Of a stretch of DNA of 64,000 nucleotides, positions 51,658 through 64,000 are shown piece by piece. Numbering within the stretch: position 1 is the stretch's first letter; each line of letters starts with the position of its first letter. The position numbers and the translations under genes were made by a program. The notes under the pieces were generated by a model that worked only from the letters and a program-made list of their open reading frames with translations, was not told the DNA's origin and searched no databases. Source of the DNA: Octopus vulgaris (lineage: Eukaryota); NCBI GenBank assembly GCA_951406725.2, contig OX597816.1, positions 64,356,001 through 64,420,000 of the forward strand, in the 5' to 3' direction.

Positions 51658-54109
51658 GAAGATAGTACGATAACTCTTCATTGGGGCTCCGAGGTAAATG
51701 AGAATTCGGAACATATTTTCAAACTGAAACCTGCTTCGATTACAAGCAATGAATTGATCTCTCCTGAAAGCATCCAACGTGCAGAATGGTGATACTAAAT
51801 CGGTGAACTTATTTTTTTTACCATACATGCAAGCCACGGTGTAATTAGAACTTATAAGAACAAAAGAAAAGCGTAAGCCGTTCCACATCCAACTTTCTTA
51901 CACTACTGCGAATCCAATGTACCAAACACATTTGGTTCCATGGTTTTGCAGTTTCACTAATATTCTTGCTGAAAGGAAAGTCAGTTTCGCCTGTATCTCA
52001 TTTCGGAACGCCAAACGTTAGAAGTCATTTCATGGGACTTTCTATCCGCTGCCAATTTTTCGCGTTGGCGAGAAGAAAATGCTACTTCTGGAGTCCAGAT
52101 TTTGAATATGAAAGACAAGATGCCACCAGTTTACGTTCTTTGGAATAGTGAGACATCGAAATGCTTTCGTTTTTGCTCTGTTCACACCTAAACCATCCCT
52201 GATTGAAAATACCTATTATGAACAGTGAATGAGCAGTGAATGTTTCAGTCAATTGTATATCCACGTTGAAGAACCCCGCATGATATTCATGATATAAATA
52301 TCGAAAATCCTTAGGGACGTTGCATATCTGTTGTATTTATGATGAAACTCTAAGCATTCCTATACTTATTAACAACCGAGACATATTTCAGTGTAGAGTG
52401 TTAAATGTATACTCATAATCACATCTTTTTCTTTCATCTTTCAAATAAACCGTAAAGCAATTTAAATAAGCCGGTGCTGCTGTTTACTAGTAGCTGCTTT
52501 AAATTTCACATTAGATGTAAAGAAATGCATTTCAAGAATTGATGGCAATAAAATTCGACTAGACGAATTTATTTGAATTAAGGCTATTTATGTATATTTA
52601 ATCAAAATACATTCCAACTAAATAGATGCTACCTTGGAAGCTCCAGCTATGACCTCTACAAAAACATACGTTACTCCGCTCATTAAAAAAAAATAGGTTA
52701 GATGAATGTAACACAGTTTGAGATTGTGCAAATGAGCTTGGTTAGATCCAAAGCGGATCAAAAGAAACGCAGCAGGATTTTTATATCGGTTGTTTATATA
52801 CGTATATTTTTTTAACGGGAAATCCTGCGAAAACAACTGGAAATTCACATGAAATTCTTTCATGTTGACACATCTTACTACGTACAAATATATGCCAATT
52901 TCTCTAAAAACCCAGCTTGGTGTAGACGGATGAACATTACTTCATTTTCAAAACAGAAATTAATATTGATTTAGCACAATAATCAAAGAGCTAACTGAAA
53001 AATAATTGCCACCTGCAAATAACAGATGTAGCTCTGCTTAGTGGAAGTGATTTTAATCCTAAATATGCATACGATGCTTGATAAACTTTATAAACATCGA
53101 TCATTTACAAGAACGCCCAGTATTAGTTTTTATTATTAAATTTCATACGATTTATTAAGATTACATATTGCATATGTTTGCAGTTTGTTTTCATTTAAAA
53201 TTGGAAATACTCCAAACAAGATATTGTGCTTTTTTATTCGGTATGAGTAAAATAATCAGCAAATTTATATCTTTAATGATTTTCAAACGTCAAAATTAAA
53301 AATGACATTCATTAATTTTATCTTATAAAATGGAAAATAGCAGAAAATAACACCAACAAAGACAAGTAAAATTACCTATTAAATATAATTATATAATTTA
53401 TGAAAAATTGATAGCAAAACATTTAAATGAAAATATTATCAAATGTTCGTAAACATTTATAATTAATAGCAATTAATTATTTGTCTTCAATTGAGAAAAT
53501 GAAGGAAGTGCCACTGACTTTCATTTTCTGGTGAGTATGTAACTGAATATCATTTAATAAACTGTTTCCCAAATGTGAACAGTACAATGCAATTACCGTT
53601 TTACCTTACCAATAGTGTGGATTAATTAAATTCGGTGTTTTTTATTTTTTCACATCTAAGCTGTAAGCCATAATATACTTCAGCATTGTCACGTTTACAT
53701 GTCTTCATGAATAAGAGGTAGAAAAATTAATGTAATTTCTGTTATTTCTTATGTTAATAGAAAAACGTGATAGTTGTGTGCGTGCGTACGTGCGTGAGTT
53801 CATGTTAGCGATTGCGTATGTGCGTGTGTATTTGTGTGTGTGTGTGTGTGTTTGTGAGTGTGCGTGTGTGAGTGTGTATGTCTGTGTGTGCGTGCGGGTG
53901 TGTGCTCATTATTTGCTGATGTTCCTGTTGTTCCACGATGCTCACATTAATATTATTGCTAACATCGATAATAATGAGAAACAGGAAGGGGAGAAGGAGG
54001 AGAAAGATGACGACGATGGAGTGGAAAAGGACAGCGAAAATGAGCAAAGCTAATATAACATAATAAAACTATAACGACATATGTATATGTAGTATGTATA
54101 TATGTGTGC

Positions 54110-54161
<52 letters not shown>

Positions 54162-54213
54162 ATATATATATGTATATATATATATGTGTGTGTATGTATA
54201 TATATGTATATAA

Positions 54214-54403
<190 letters not shown>

Positions 54404-54769
54404 CATACAAACACACACATGAAGAAAGAGAGACAGAGATAGAGAGAGAAAAGGTTGATATTCAAATATGTTTCCTTCTCATGTTGTTATTGTTGTTGTT
54501 GTTGCCTTTGCTGATTTTTGGTGGTTGTTGAGGGAGTGTTGGTGGTGTTATATGCTGGTGTAAAAGAGCGGTGTTATATTTTTGTTTCTTTGCCTGAGTT
54601 GTTTAATTCTTCTTCTGGCATGCAACAGGTTTCATGATTTATATCAGGCTAATAGGAAAGGAATATTTTAAAACATGAATGTACGTAAAATCTTTTGACA
54701 CACGCGCACACACAGCTATACATACATACAAGCATATACACATCTATACATATGTGTGCGTATGTGTGC

Positions 54770-54826
<57 letters not shown>

Positions 54827-55037
54827 CATATATGTTTCTATGTATATCTGTATGAACGTTGTATACATGTATTCATTCGTGCACATGCTCATATGCCTTA
54901 TATAATATGATATAATATAATATAAATGTGTGTGTGAGATATATATGTATATATATGCATGTATGTATATACATATGCATGTGTACATGTATGTACGTAT
55001 GTATGCATTAATGCGTATATGTATGTGTCCATATACC

Positions 55038-55091
<54 letters not shown>

Positions 55092-55161
55092 CATGCATAT
55101 ATATATATATATATATATATATACGTAATATAAGTATATATATACATACATACATACATAC

Positions 55162-55214
<53 letters not shown>

Positions 55215-56139
55215 TATATATGGTAAACAAGATTGCATCAAATGTAATTATTCCGAAACAATGGAATGAATTTTTTTTTCTCTCTTTTTCACTTAGGAAC
55301 AAAATGAAAAATACCGAGCGATTATAGTGTTGCTAACATCAATAACATCTAGAAACCAATAACACCTGCAATAGCAACTGCAACATCCTTTGCAGGTAGT
55401 GATACTTGCACAATATTTGCAGTGTATATGACAACTGTCACAATAAAACAGCTATTGGAAATGAACAAGCAGATGTTAAGCTCAACAAAATCAAATTTAC
55501 ATAGAGAAAATTTACACAAAAATGTGGTTAAAAGAAAAAAAATATTATTTTAAGAATTTTCCCGAGATTATTGCGCATAGTTAATATGTGAGATACGCCG
55601 GGAACAATTTTTTTTTTTAATATTATTTTCCTTGTATGTAATATTTTGTATTTTTAGCTATTAACTTTTATGTTTTGACATAAAAGCCAACACATTCCGC
55701 ATCCCTCCTTATTGTAACTCATGATAGAAATTTAATTTGCGAAAGAAAAATTTTTTGAAAAAAATGTCTACGTGACCAAAAATTGTGGTAAATATTTCAT
55801 ATGCTTTTTTATAAGGCACATTTGAAATATTTGAAATCGTTTACTTTCATGTCTTTGGGTTTGTTCTTTTTTTTTTCTTTCAATTCAGGTAGACCAGAGT
55901 GATATAGCACCGACTACCAGCTGAGTCTTTGCAAATTGTCAGCGAATAAATACATCACTTACATGAAGCAATAAAAAAACCGCTGCTTTGGTTCATGTAC
56001 ATTCCACTCCCTCTTTCTCTCTCTCCCTCTCTCTTCCTCACCTTCTGTCCTTCTCTCTCTCTGTTTCTCACTCTCTATTTCACTCTCCGCTTTGTGCGCG
56101 CGTGCGTTGTATACCTACAAACACATACATTCAAATACA

Positions 56140-57055
56140 CAGAAGGTGGGGCTTAAACGTTCATAAGCTGACTATGACGAAATGAGGCAAGAATGTGAAA
56201 TTTTGCATGCATCATTTTCATCTCCCGTTATTAATAACTGCATTATTGTTTTCCATGTAAACTGATAACTCATTGTTCTAAGAACACTTCAAATGTAACT
56301 AGTGGCGGATTCTCTTGACATCTCCTGACATCGGCGTGCTTTCACGTACCTGCAGAAAAAAGGGTTTAAATCCGACACTAGCGGTGATACTGAGGTTTTT
56401 CAACAATGCAAAGTTTTGGTAGCTGAATTTAGGATGATGAAGCAGGTGTTCAAAGATGACCCAAGGTCTGGACGTCCTGCAGTTGCCACCACCGAGGAAA
56501 ACATAGATGGTGTTGAGCACCAGCTAATGGATAACCGGCGATTGACTATAAATCAAACAGCCAATGCTATTAGAATATCCCGTTAGAGAGTTGTAATATT
56601 CTGCACACTGAGCTTAGCATGCCGGATGTTTCTGCTTAGTGAGTTCTTCGTCTTCTGACAACTGATCGAAAGCGCTTCAGGCTGATCACGTCCCGAGAAA
56701 ATCTGACATTGTTTGAGGCAAATCCAGCTGGTTTTCTTGAAGTATCCAAAGTGTAGTCGTCACTTAGAGCCAGAGACAAACAGACAATTCATAGAGTGGA
56801 AACACGTGTCCTCACTTGATCTAATGTAGGCCAAAGTCATTTCATCTGCAGGGAAGTTGATGGCCTTAATGTTTTGGGGTGCGGCACCCATTGTATTCAT
56901 TGATCCACTTCAAAATGTTCACACCATCAGTTGAGAGAACTATGCCAATTTGCTGAGGCAATTACGAAAGGCTATCATGATCAAACACCCAGGAAAACTG
57001 AAAAACGGGGTCGGGGTCTTCTTTCATTATGACAATACTCCAGCACACAAGTTCG
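56140..57055 (+). mobile_element. mariner relic
   Basis: DDPRSGRPAVATTEENID; SAGKLMA; FFHYDNTPAHK; 3' end truncated. Confidence 0.75.
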
Positions 57056-57346
57056 TGTTATGTAAACCCGGTGGCATTGTTTATCTCTTGTAATGATGAA
57101 ATATTTTGAAGATAACTCCGTCCACGCTAGCAAAGGCGTAGTCTTCTACGAGAGGTGCAACATACACGCCAAAGGTCTAGGGATAGCTACACTTCCAGTC
57201 AATGCCGTTAGTGTTCCTTAACTTAGGACATATACAGCTTTACATAACATGCCGTTGATATGATGGGTGCTTCTCCCGCAAATTTATGTTTAAGTAGGTT
57301 ACTCCATCAACATACCTTTGTAACGTATTGGACAATGATGTGCAGC

Positions 57347-57407
<61 letters not shown>

Positions 57408-57639
57408 ATGATGGGGGCTGTGATGGTGGCACTGGCAGCGGTAGCAGCAGCAGCAGCAACCTCATTTCTTGCTTTAATGGCTGAGGCATATTTCTCAATT
57501 GCCACCTTGAGCTGGACAGATTCTTCCGTAAACAGATACTCCTGGTTATATGACATATCAGCAGATATCATGTTTGGTGGTTGGGATTTAGGTTTGCCAT
57601 TTTGTAATATTCCAATCGTTCAATTTTTTTATATTTCTT

Positions 57640-58690
57640 TTTCTACCTTTAATCCTCCAACGCGGAGTATAGGCCACTTATAATTGAATTCCATGTCGCA
57701 TAATTTTTCGCTTCTGTACTTATACTCTGTCATGAATGTCACCCTTTCTCTAGTTCCTTTTCTGTTGATCTACGCCACGAGTTCTTAGGCCTACCTTTCT
57801 TTCTATATCCATCCGGATTCCAATGTAAAGCACCTTTCGCTACATTTGGTGTTTCTTTTCTAATTGTGCTACCAATCCACTTACACTTTTTCTTAAATAT
57901 TTGCTCCCTTATCGAAACTTGATTTGTTCTTTGCCATAGCTCCATATTGCTTATATGTTCGGGTCATCTAATGTTAAGTATACTACACAAGCATCTGTTG
58001 AGGAATGATTGTATTTGCTTATTTGACTTAACTGTTGTTCGCCATGTCTCAGCCCCATACAATAACACCGCTTTTACGTTAGTGCTAAAAATTCTTATTT
58101 TGTTCTTTATTGAAATTACACTTGCGCTCCATACCTGTTTTTAACAGGTGAAAAGCGGTACTTGCCTTACTTAATATCTTGCCTGAAAACGTTATCTTAC
58201 TACCTAAATATGTAAACTCGGCTACATCCTCTACTTCATTGGTTTCTAGTTTAAAACGTTCGCTGTTTTCTTCATTAACGCGCATAATTTTTGATTTGTC
58301 GCGGTTGACTTTCAATCCTAGTTTGGCAGCTATTGCTTCTAATTTTGACGTTTTATTTTGCATTTGGCTGTATGTTTGTGAAAACAGCGCTATATCATCT
58401 GTAAAATCGAGATCTTCTAGAGCTTCTACATCCGTCCATCCAATGCCCGTTTGGCTTTCAATCGTAGTTTCCTTCATAATCCAATCTATAACCAGTAGAA
58501 ATAAAAAGGGAGAAAGTATACAGCCCTGTTGAACACCTGTTTTTACTTCGAATTTATCCGTAGCTCCGTTTCCATGCAAGACTCGGCATGACATTCCTTG
58601 ATAAGTTGCTCTTATTATAGATATATACTTGTCTGGAATGCCGTAGTGCTGCATAATTTTCCATAAGCCTTCCCTATCTCCACTGTCACA
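57640..58690 (-). pseudogene. RTE-clade LINE 3' fragment (RT)
   Basis: HYGIPDKYISIIR..GVQQGCILSPFLFLLVIDWIM..DLDFTDDIAL; C-terminal KWIG..LHWNPDGYRKKGRPKNSWRR. Confidence 0.9.
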
Positions 58691-59834
58691 TGTTCAATTA
58701 CTTTCAGAAAAGTCAATTGTTTAATTGGTTACCATCGAGTAAATGAGATCAGCAAGCCACCATTAGCACACGTAATATGCATCGATAAACAAGTCAATAT
58801 TCTGACTCAAGTGAAATATGTAACGCCATGTTATAATCGGGAACTGTACTTCAAAAATAGTATGCAGCCGGCATACTAAAATAGTTGTCAAGATAGTATG
58901 GACAAGTACATTTTATTTGTGCTCAATACATATATACTACACGATGTGTGTAAGTGAAGGCGACTTTCATTATAGTTCTGAATCTGTTACAGAAATTCAA
59001 TTACTTCAGTACACAACCTAAGATGCGTCTGTATTCAAATTATTCAGCGTCCTCTTCACACGGCTCCAGTGATTATATAATAAAGTGTTGGCGTCTTAGT
59101 TAAAATGATTACTATTATTACATTAAGGTGATTTTACTGTATTTTACGCCAAATAATGTAATTATTACACCACATTTAAATGGATTTAAATTGAGAAAGA
59201 AAAAGTACGATACCTATAATATAATTTCCGTTACAGTATACAATGAACAATCAAAAGTAATTATAACTAACACACTAACATTTGACTGTGGATAAATATA
59301 GAGAAGATATCGATGAATAAAATAAATTTGTGATAAAACAGTATCAGACGTCTAAAGAAGTCTACTACAATAAATTTAGTCTGAATTTTTTATTGGAAAA
59401 AAAAAAATCAAAGATGGCAAGAAAGATATGTTGCAAAAATATGACTTTAATTTGCAATCAAAACATTAATACAAGTTACAAAAATAAAACACCGCTTCTC
59501 ACTTATAATACTACGATACGCATGTCTCTTCTCTTGACTGTCAAATATTTCTGTTTACTCTCCAAACTTAATTACAAATCATCATTTTTATTCTTTCGTA
59601 TCCAGAATGTCAAACCTTTTTCAACTATCTTATCTTACATGTGTTCAAGCTGAAACCCAAAAACCTATCAACTTCCAATCTGGAAGGTTCCTCTTTCAGT
59701 CCCTTCTAACTAAACTTTAGAAAAATCCATTTAGATGTTTTCAGTTTACAGAAACCGGTTTGTACAACATAAAGTACAACATATTTCTTGCAGGGAGCTG
59801 GCTACAGACATTAATACTAAAAATGTATCAAGTG

Positions 59835-60130
59835 ACCTGATCTGAGATCGTGTGCTGGAACGAAAACAATTGCAGCGTGGAAGGTGTTTATAAGCCATTT
59901 AAGAAACACACAAAATCCGTTAGATTCACTTCAACATTTAAATTTAATTTGTCAAAATATTTTCGACGCTTTGAGACTGCGACCTGTTCACTGACAAAAT
60001 TCCGTGTTGTTGCATCTTTTCTGTTAATTTGTAAATATCGTTCCATTCTCTTATAAATTTCTGCAATAAGTACCGGTCTCAAATTCGGGGAGATAGTATA
60101 AACAGAGACGGAGAATAATCTTCCTACTTG
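59835..60130 (-). mobile_element. solo PLE terminal-repeat-like element related to the Naiad-like 3' UTR
   Basis: Shares TCGTGTGYTGRAAC and AGCCA..AAACACAC blocks with 41175-41250 at a similar spacing from an HHR. Confidence 0.55.
59948..59998 (-). ncRNA. type I hammerhead, G3-C8 covariant core
   Basis: TTTGTCA-GTGAACA-G-GTCGC-agtctcaaa-GCGTC-GAAA-ATAT-TT-TGACAAA; 7 bp stem I; palindromic AATATT stem III. Confidence 0.7.
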
Positions 60131-60209
60131 AAGGATATTGGTACAGCGAAGAATTAAGCGACGAAATAACAGAAGTGGATTTGGCCATCGCACAATCACT
60201 TTTGTCAAC

Positions 60210-60590
60210 TGCCACCCTACTAATTCTACCGTTTCACTGCTCTAACATATCTACCATTTTACCATCCAACCAATTCTATCATTCTACTGATCCACAAATT
60301 CCGTTATTCTACTACACTACCACTTCCACTTTTATGACTTACAAATTTTACCATTCTGACGCTCCAAACATTTTAATGTTCTACCATTCTACCAGTATAC
60401 CAATTCTACAATTCCATCGCCCTCCCATGTCCAACGTTTTACTACTAAACTAATTCTACAATTCTATTATTGTCTTAGAAGTTCTACCATTCTATCATGT
60501 AAAAAGGTTCTATAATTCTATCGCTCTACCAAGTCTACAATTCTATTACTCTAAAATTCTAATAGTCTACTGTTCTACCTATTCTATTAG
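60210..60590. repeat. degenerate minisatellite (ATTCTACC-like units)
   Basis: Recurrent TTCTAC/ATTCTA motifs at about 8-16 bp spacing. Confidence 0.7.
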
Positions 60591-61285
60591 GGCCCAGAAA
60601 CATTCACAAGCCAACCAGGGACCCAGGAAGGTTTTGTGAGGGATTTATAAATCGGTCGTGGGCGGCTAGGTCACAGATGGTAAACAAGACGTTTCTTGAG
60701 AAAACTGGAACAGGCAGGAGACCCCAACTTACCTGGAACCTGGAAGTCAAGAGTAGAAACACAAAGACCCACATATGATGAGAAAGGGGCTGCCGATCAA
60801 ATGCTTCTAGAAGGTCGCTCAACTTTATACAAAAAGCAACCAAAAGTTTTCAATTTCAAACTGCTCAATCAAAATATACAAAAGTGATATTCAATAACTT
60901 CACCGTAGACACTTCAAAACGGACTCAATACTCAAATCTGGAATGTCACTAATCAGAGTCCTCCCAGTGAGATTTTCACTGAATTCGCAGCCCTCAGAAC
61001 GAATACTCACAACGTAAATTCGATTATTCGGCATGATTTTTACATTATGTATGATACAAAGATGCCTATTTCAAATTCATACAGATTCCCTTGCATATAA
61101 TAAATTGTTATTCAACCATGCTGCTAACTGCAACACCAGGGATATTTGATCTCTGATTTCCTATGTCGGTATCGACGAATTTCTTATTAGTCTAAGGCTA
61201 GCACTGCTTACATGCTAATGATAAAGACCAAGAAGGCAGATATGCGCACCTATCATGTGAACCCGGCACCCTCGGCCGATTTCCG

Positions 61286-61348
<63 letters not shown>

Positions 61349-61384
61349 CTACTTCTTCCCTCTCGTGTGTGACCCTTTAGTCTG

Positions 61385-61576
61385 GCAGTCGCCGTGATAG
61401 ATCGTTAGTCACTACACACATTTTTTTCTCTCCTTATTTTTTCTGTGTTCCTTTCTGTGGAAGAGCGTAGGCTCGAATCGTAAAAGGCTTTTTCTATTCG
61501 TGAGCCTTATACTAATACATATGTTTGTTTTGTACACCACCTGTCTTCGTCAATTGATTTTTTCGTAAACTCTCCC

Positions 61577-61580
<4 letters not shown>
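61385..61580 (+). mobile_element. solo 3' terminus of the Neptune-like PLE family with HHR-like motif
   Basis: Aligns with the reverse complement of 7435-7650; CCTTT-CTGTGGA-A-GAGC-GTAG-GCTC-GAAT-CGTA-AAAGG at 61450-61487; ends in (TA)n. Confidence 0.8.
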
Positions 61581-61612
<32 letters not shown>

Positions 61613-62594
61613 TGAGAGAATGAGGGGGAGAGAGAGGGAGAGATGGAAAGAAAGGGAGAAATGGAAAGAGAGGGGGGAAATATCACAGTATATTTCTTTC
61701 GTTGCGATGATGAAGCTAATTTCAGTATGATACACAAACTGACGTGCGTGTGTGTGTGTGTGTGTGTATGTACATTTATGCGAGTATGTATGCCTACAAA
61801 TATAGTATACAATAAGCACAGCATCGCTCATAAATCAACCTGCACACTGGTGACCTAGGGCTGAAGAGCAAGAACGATGTCATCAACAATAATACGTTTA
61901 ATAACCTTTCTTGAAAGTAATTACCAGTTTTAGATTCGATGACATTTTTCTCTTGTTAAGATTTTTCACTAAATTGCAGACTATTGAGTATGAATTATCT
62001 TCACAGATCTTAGGAAAATTACGCTTCCAGAACATGGTAGCACACTTTCTGAATGTCATCGTAACTTTTCAACTAATTCGGTGACAATGCATTGCAAATG
62101 AAATTTTTATACTACTAACTGAATTTGTTTGATTCAGAGAAAATCTAATGTGTGTTAGAAAGTGCTAGTCCTTGAAGTAAAGTAAGCAAATTACATATAT
62201 AAATATAAACATATTGATACGTACAATATACACATAAGCTAATGTAGAGAAAGCGAGAAAGATCGTCAGTGAGATAGACAGATAGAAAGATAGATACATA
62301 CATACATACATACGTATGCACATAAAAATATAGACACACACCTTAATAGTTTTGGGGAAATTAAAAACATAAAAGAGAACAATACACGTACTTCTATGTA
62401 CATTTTTGTTATTTGTAATCGTTAGATACTTACCAGAGTGGGTCAACACCCGAGAGTATCGTGCATAATAGTAGGCATACAATGCACAAATCTCCTCACC
62501 CGAATGTCACTTTTGTAATATTCTGCCGTACATATTTATGAGCGTGTGTGCGCGCATTTGTATGTCTATGTATATGTATGATATACACCCCCCC

Positions 62595-62626
<32 letters not shown>

Positions 62627-63048
62627 GTCATTGTACAGTTTTATTTCAAGATTTCTTGCCAATAGTGAAAGAGCCGGTTACTAACCTAGATTCAAGGCTC
62701 CTTCATTGGAATTTCAACGTTAAGAACAGGGTATTTTTCTTTGAATGTATGTGTGTATATGTTCAGATTTGTATTCTCATACCTGCATATCTAGACATGC
62801 TCATATATATTTAAGTGATAAACTTCTAGAACGTTTTGAAGATTTTTACTGTTCCAGTGATTGATTGGATCTGTTGTTTTCGAATTAGGTTTCTCCTTTC
62901 TGACTTTGAGGAGTCTAATATCTAAAGACTGGTATTTAGACAGTGTCTTACATATCCCAGGGCCCCAATAATGTTTATGTATATTGATATGTTTATGTAT
63001 ATACGTATGTATCTATCTCTTTATGAATGTATGTATGTTTGTTTGTGT

Positions 63049-63128
<80 letters not shown>

Positions 63129-63840
63129 ATGTGTTTGTATATGCTTGTATAAAATAACACAGAATTTCTTTCCCGCTTTGGCGTTCATTACCGTACTAAA
63201 AATAAATGTACTCGTATTTCCTTATGGCAAAATGTAATTATCTTTCACGATAACACAAAATATTTGGAGAATATATTCGTAGCCATGCAATTACTACCAA
63301 AATGACCCTCCACGTACCATCTAAATTCGTACCACTAAAATTTTGCCACTAAAATTTTGTTGCATTTTTTTGTACAGTTTCATAGTTTCATACTGGCAAA
63401 GCTTGCCTTCTGCATAGGTAAACACAGATGGATATACAGACATACGTGTAACACACTGCCTAAATAGCAATCTTGAGAAATTAAGATTCCCAAAACCAGA
63501 TCCAATCCACTTGAACTATAAACGTATGTAAAACTTTCCAGCAGTTTATCATTTAAGTATATATGAGCATGTCAAGAGAATACATACATAAAACAAAACA
63601 TACAGATCTGCAGATATACACACATACATACATACATACATACATACATACATACATACATACATACATACATACATACATACATACATGCAAACAAACA
63701 AACATATTTACATACATACATACATAGAAAAATAGCCTGTTAATGTTGTTGAAATTCCAATGAAGGATCCTTGGATCAAAGGTAGGAACCCTCTATTTCT
63801 CTATTGGCAAAGAATCTTGAAATAAAACTGAATAGTGAAA
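62627..63840. repeat. diverged inverted pair of a microsatellite-associated element (62627-62956 and 63440-63840)
   Basis: Shared blocks GAAATTCCAATGAAGGA, TATTGGCAA..TCTTGAAATAAAACTG and TTAA.TATATATGAGCATGTC in opposite orientation. Confidence 0.7.
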
Positions 63841-63975
<135 letters not shown>

Positions 63976-64000
63976 ATATATATATATATATATATACATA

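Overview
AT-rich, microsatellite-dense eukaryotic DNA. The SINE families and (TA)n/(CA)n density point to an octopus genome (inference). No host protein-coding exon can be supported, and most listed ORFs are translations of (TA)n, (CA)n or (TAA)n. The window holds: a near-intact, GC-rich Penelope-like retroelement (RT + C-terminal GIY-YIG, about 7.4-11.6 kb); two further PLE 3' fragments; RLE-type non-LTR elements (an internally deleted Dong/R4-like copy in (TAA)n, HERO-like fragments); RTE and CR1-like fragments; several mariner relics; a hAT relic; a composite non-autonomous Helitron; and many tRNA-derived SINEs. The main unannotated signal is a set of about 12 type-I hammerhead ribozyme (HHR) motifs in at least 7 families. 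They sit in PLE termini and in short non-coding tandem units (about 366, 426-440 and 475 bp) inserted at (TA)n, often with a 5' inverted copy. Their cores include covariant forms (G3-C8, U3-A8) and U4C and A6U variants, and almost all have a palindromic or 1-nt-loop stem III, implying dimeric cleavage. This looks like a PLE-driven retrozyme / circular-RNA system. All structures were read by eye and need computational and biochemical confirmation.
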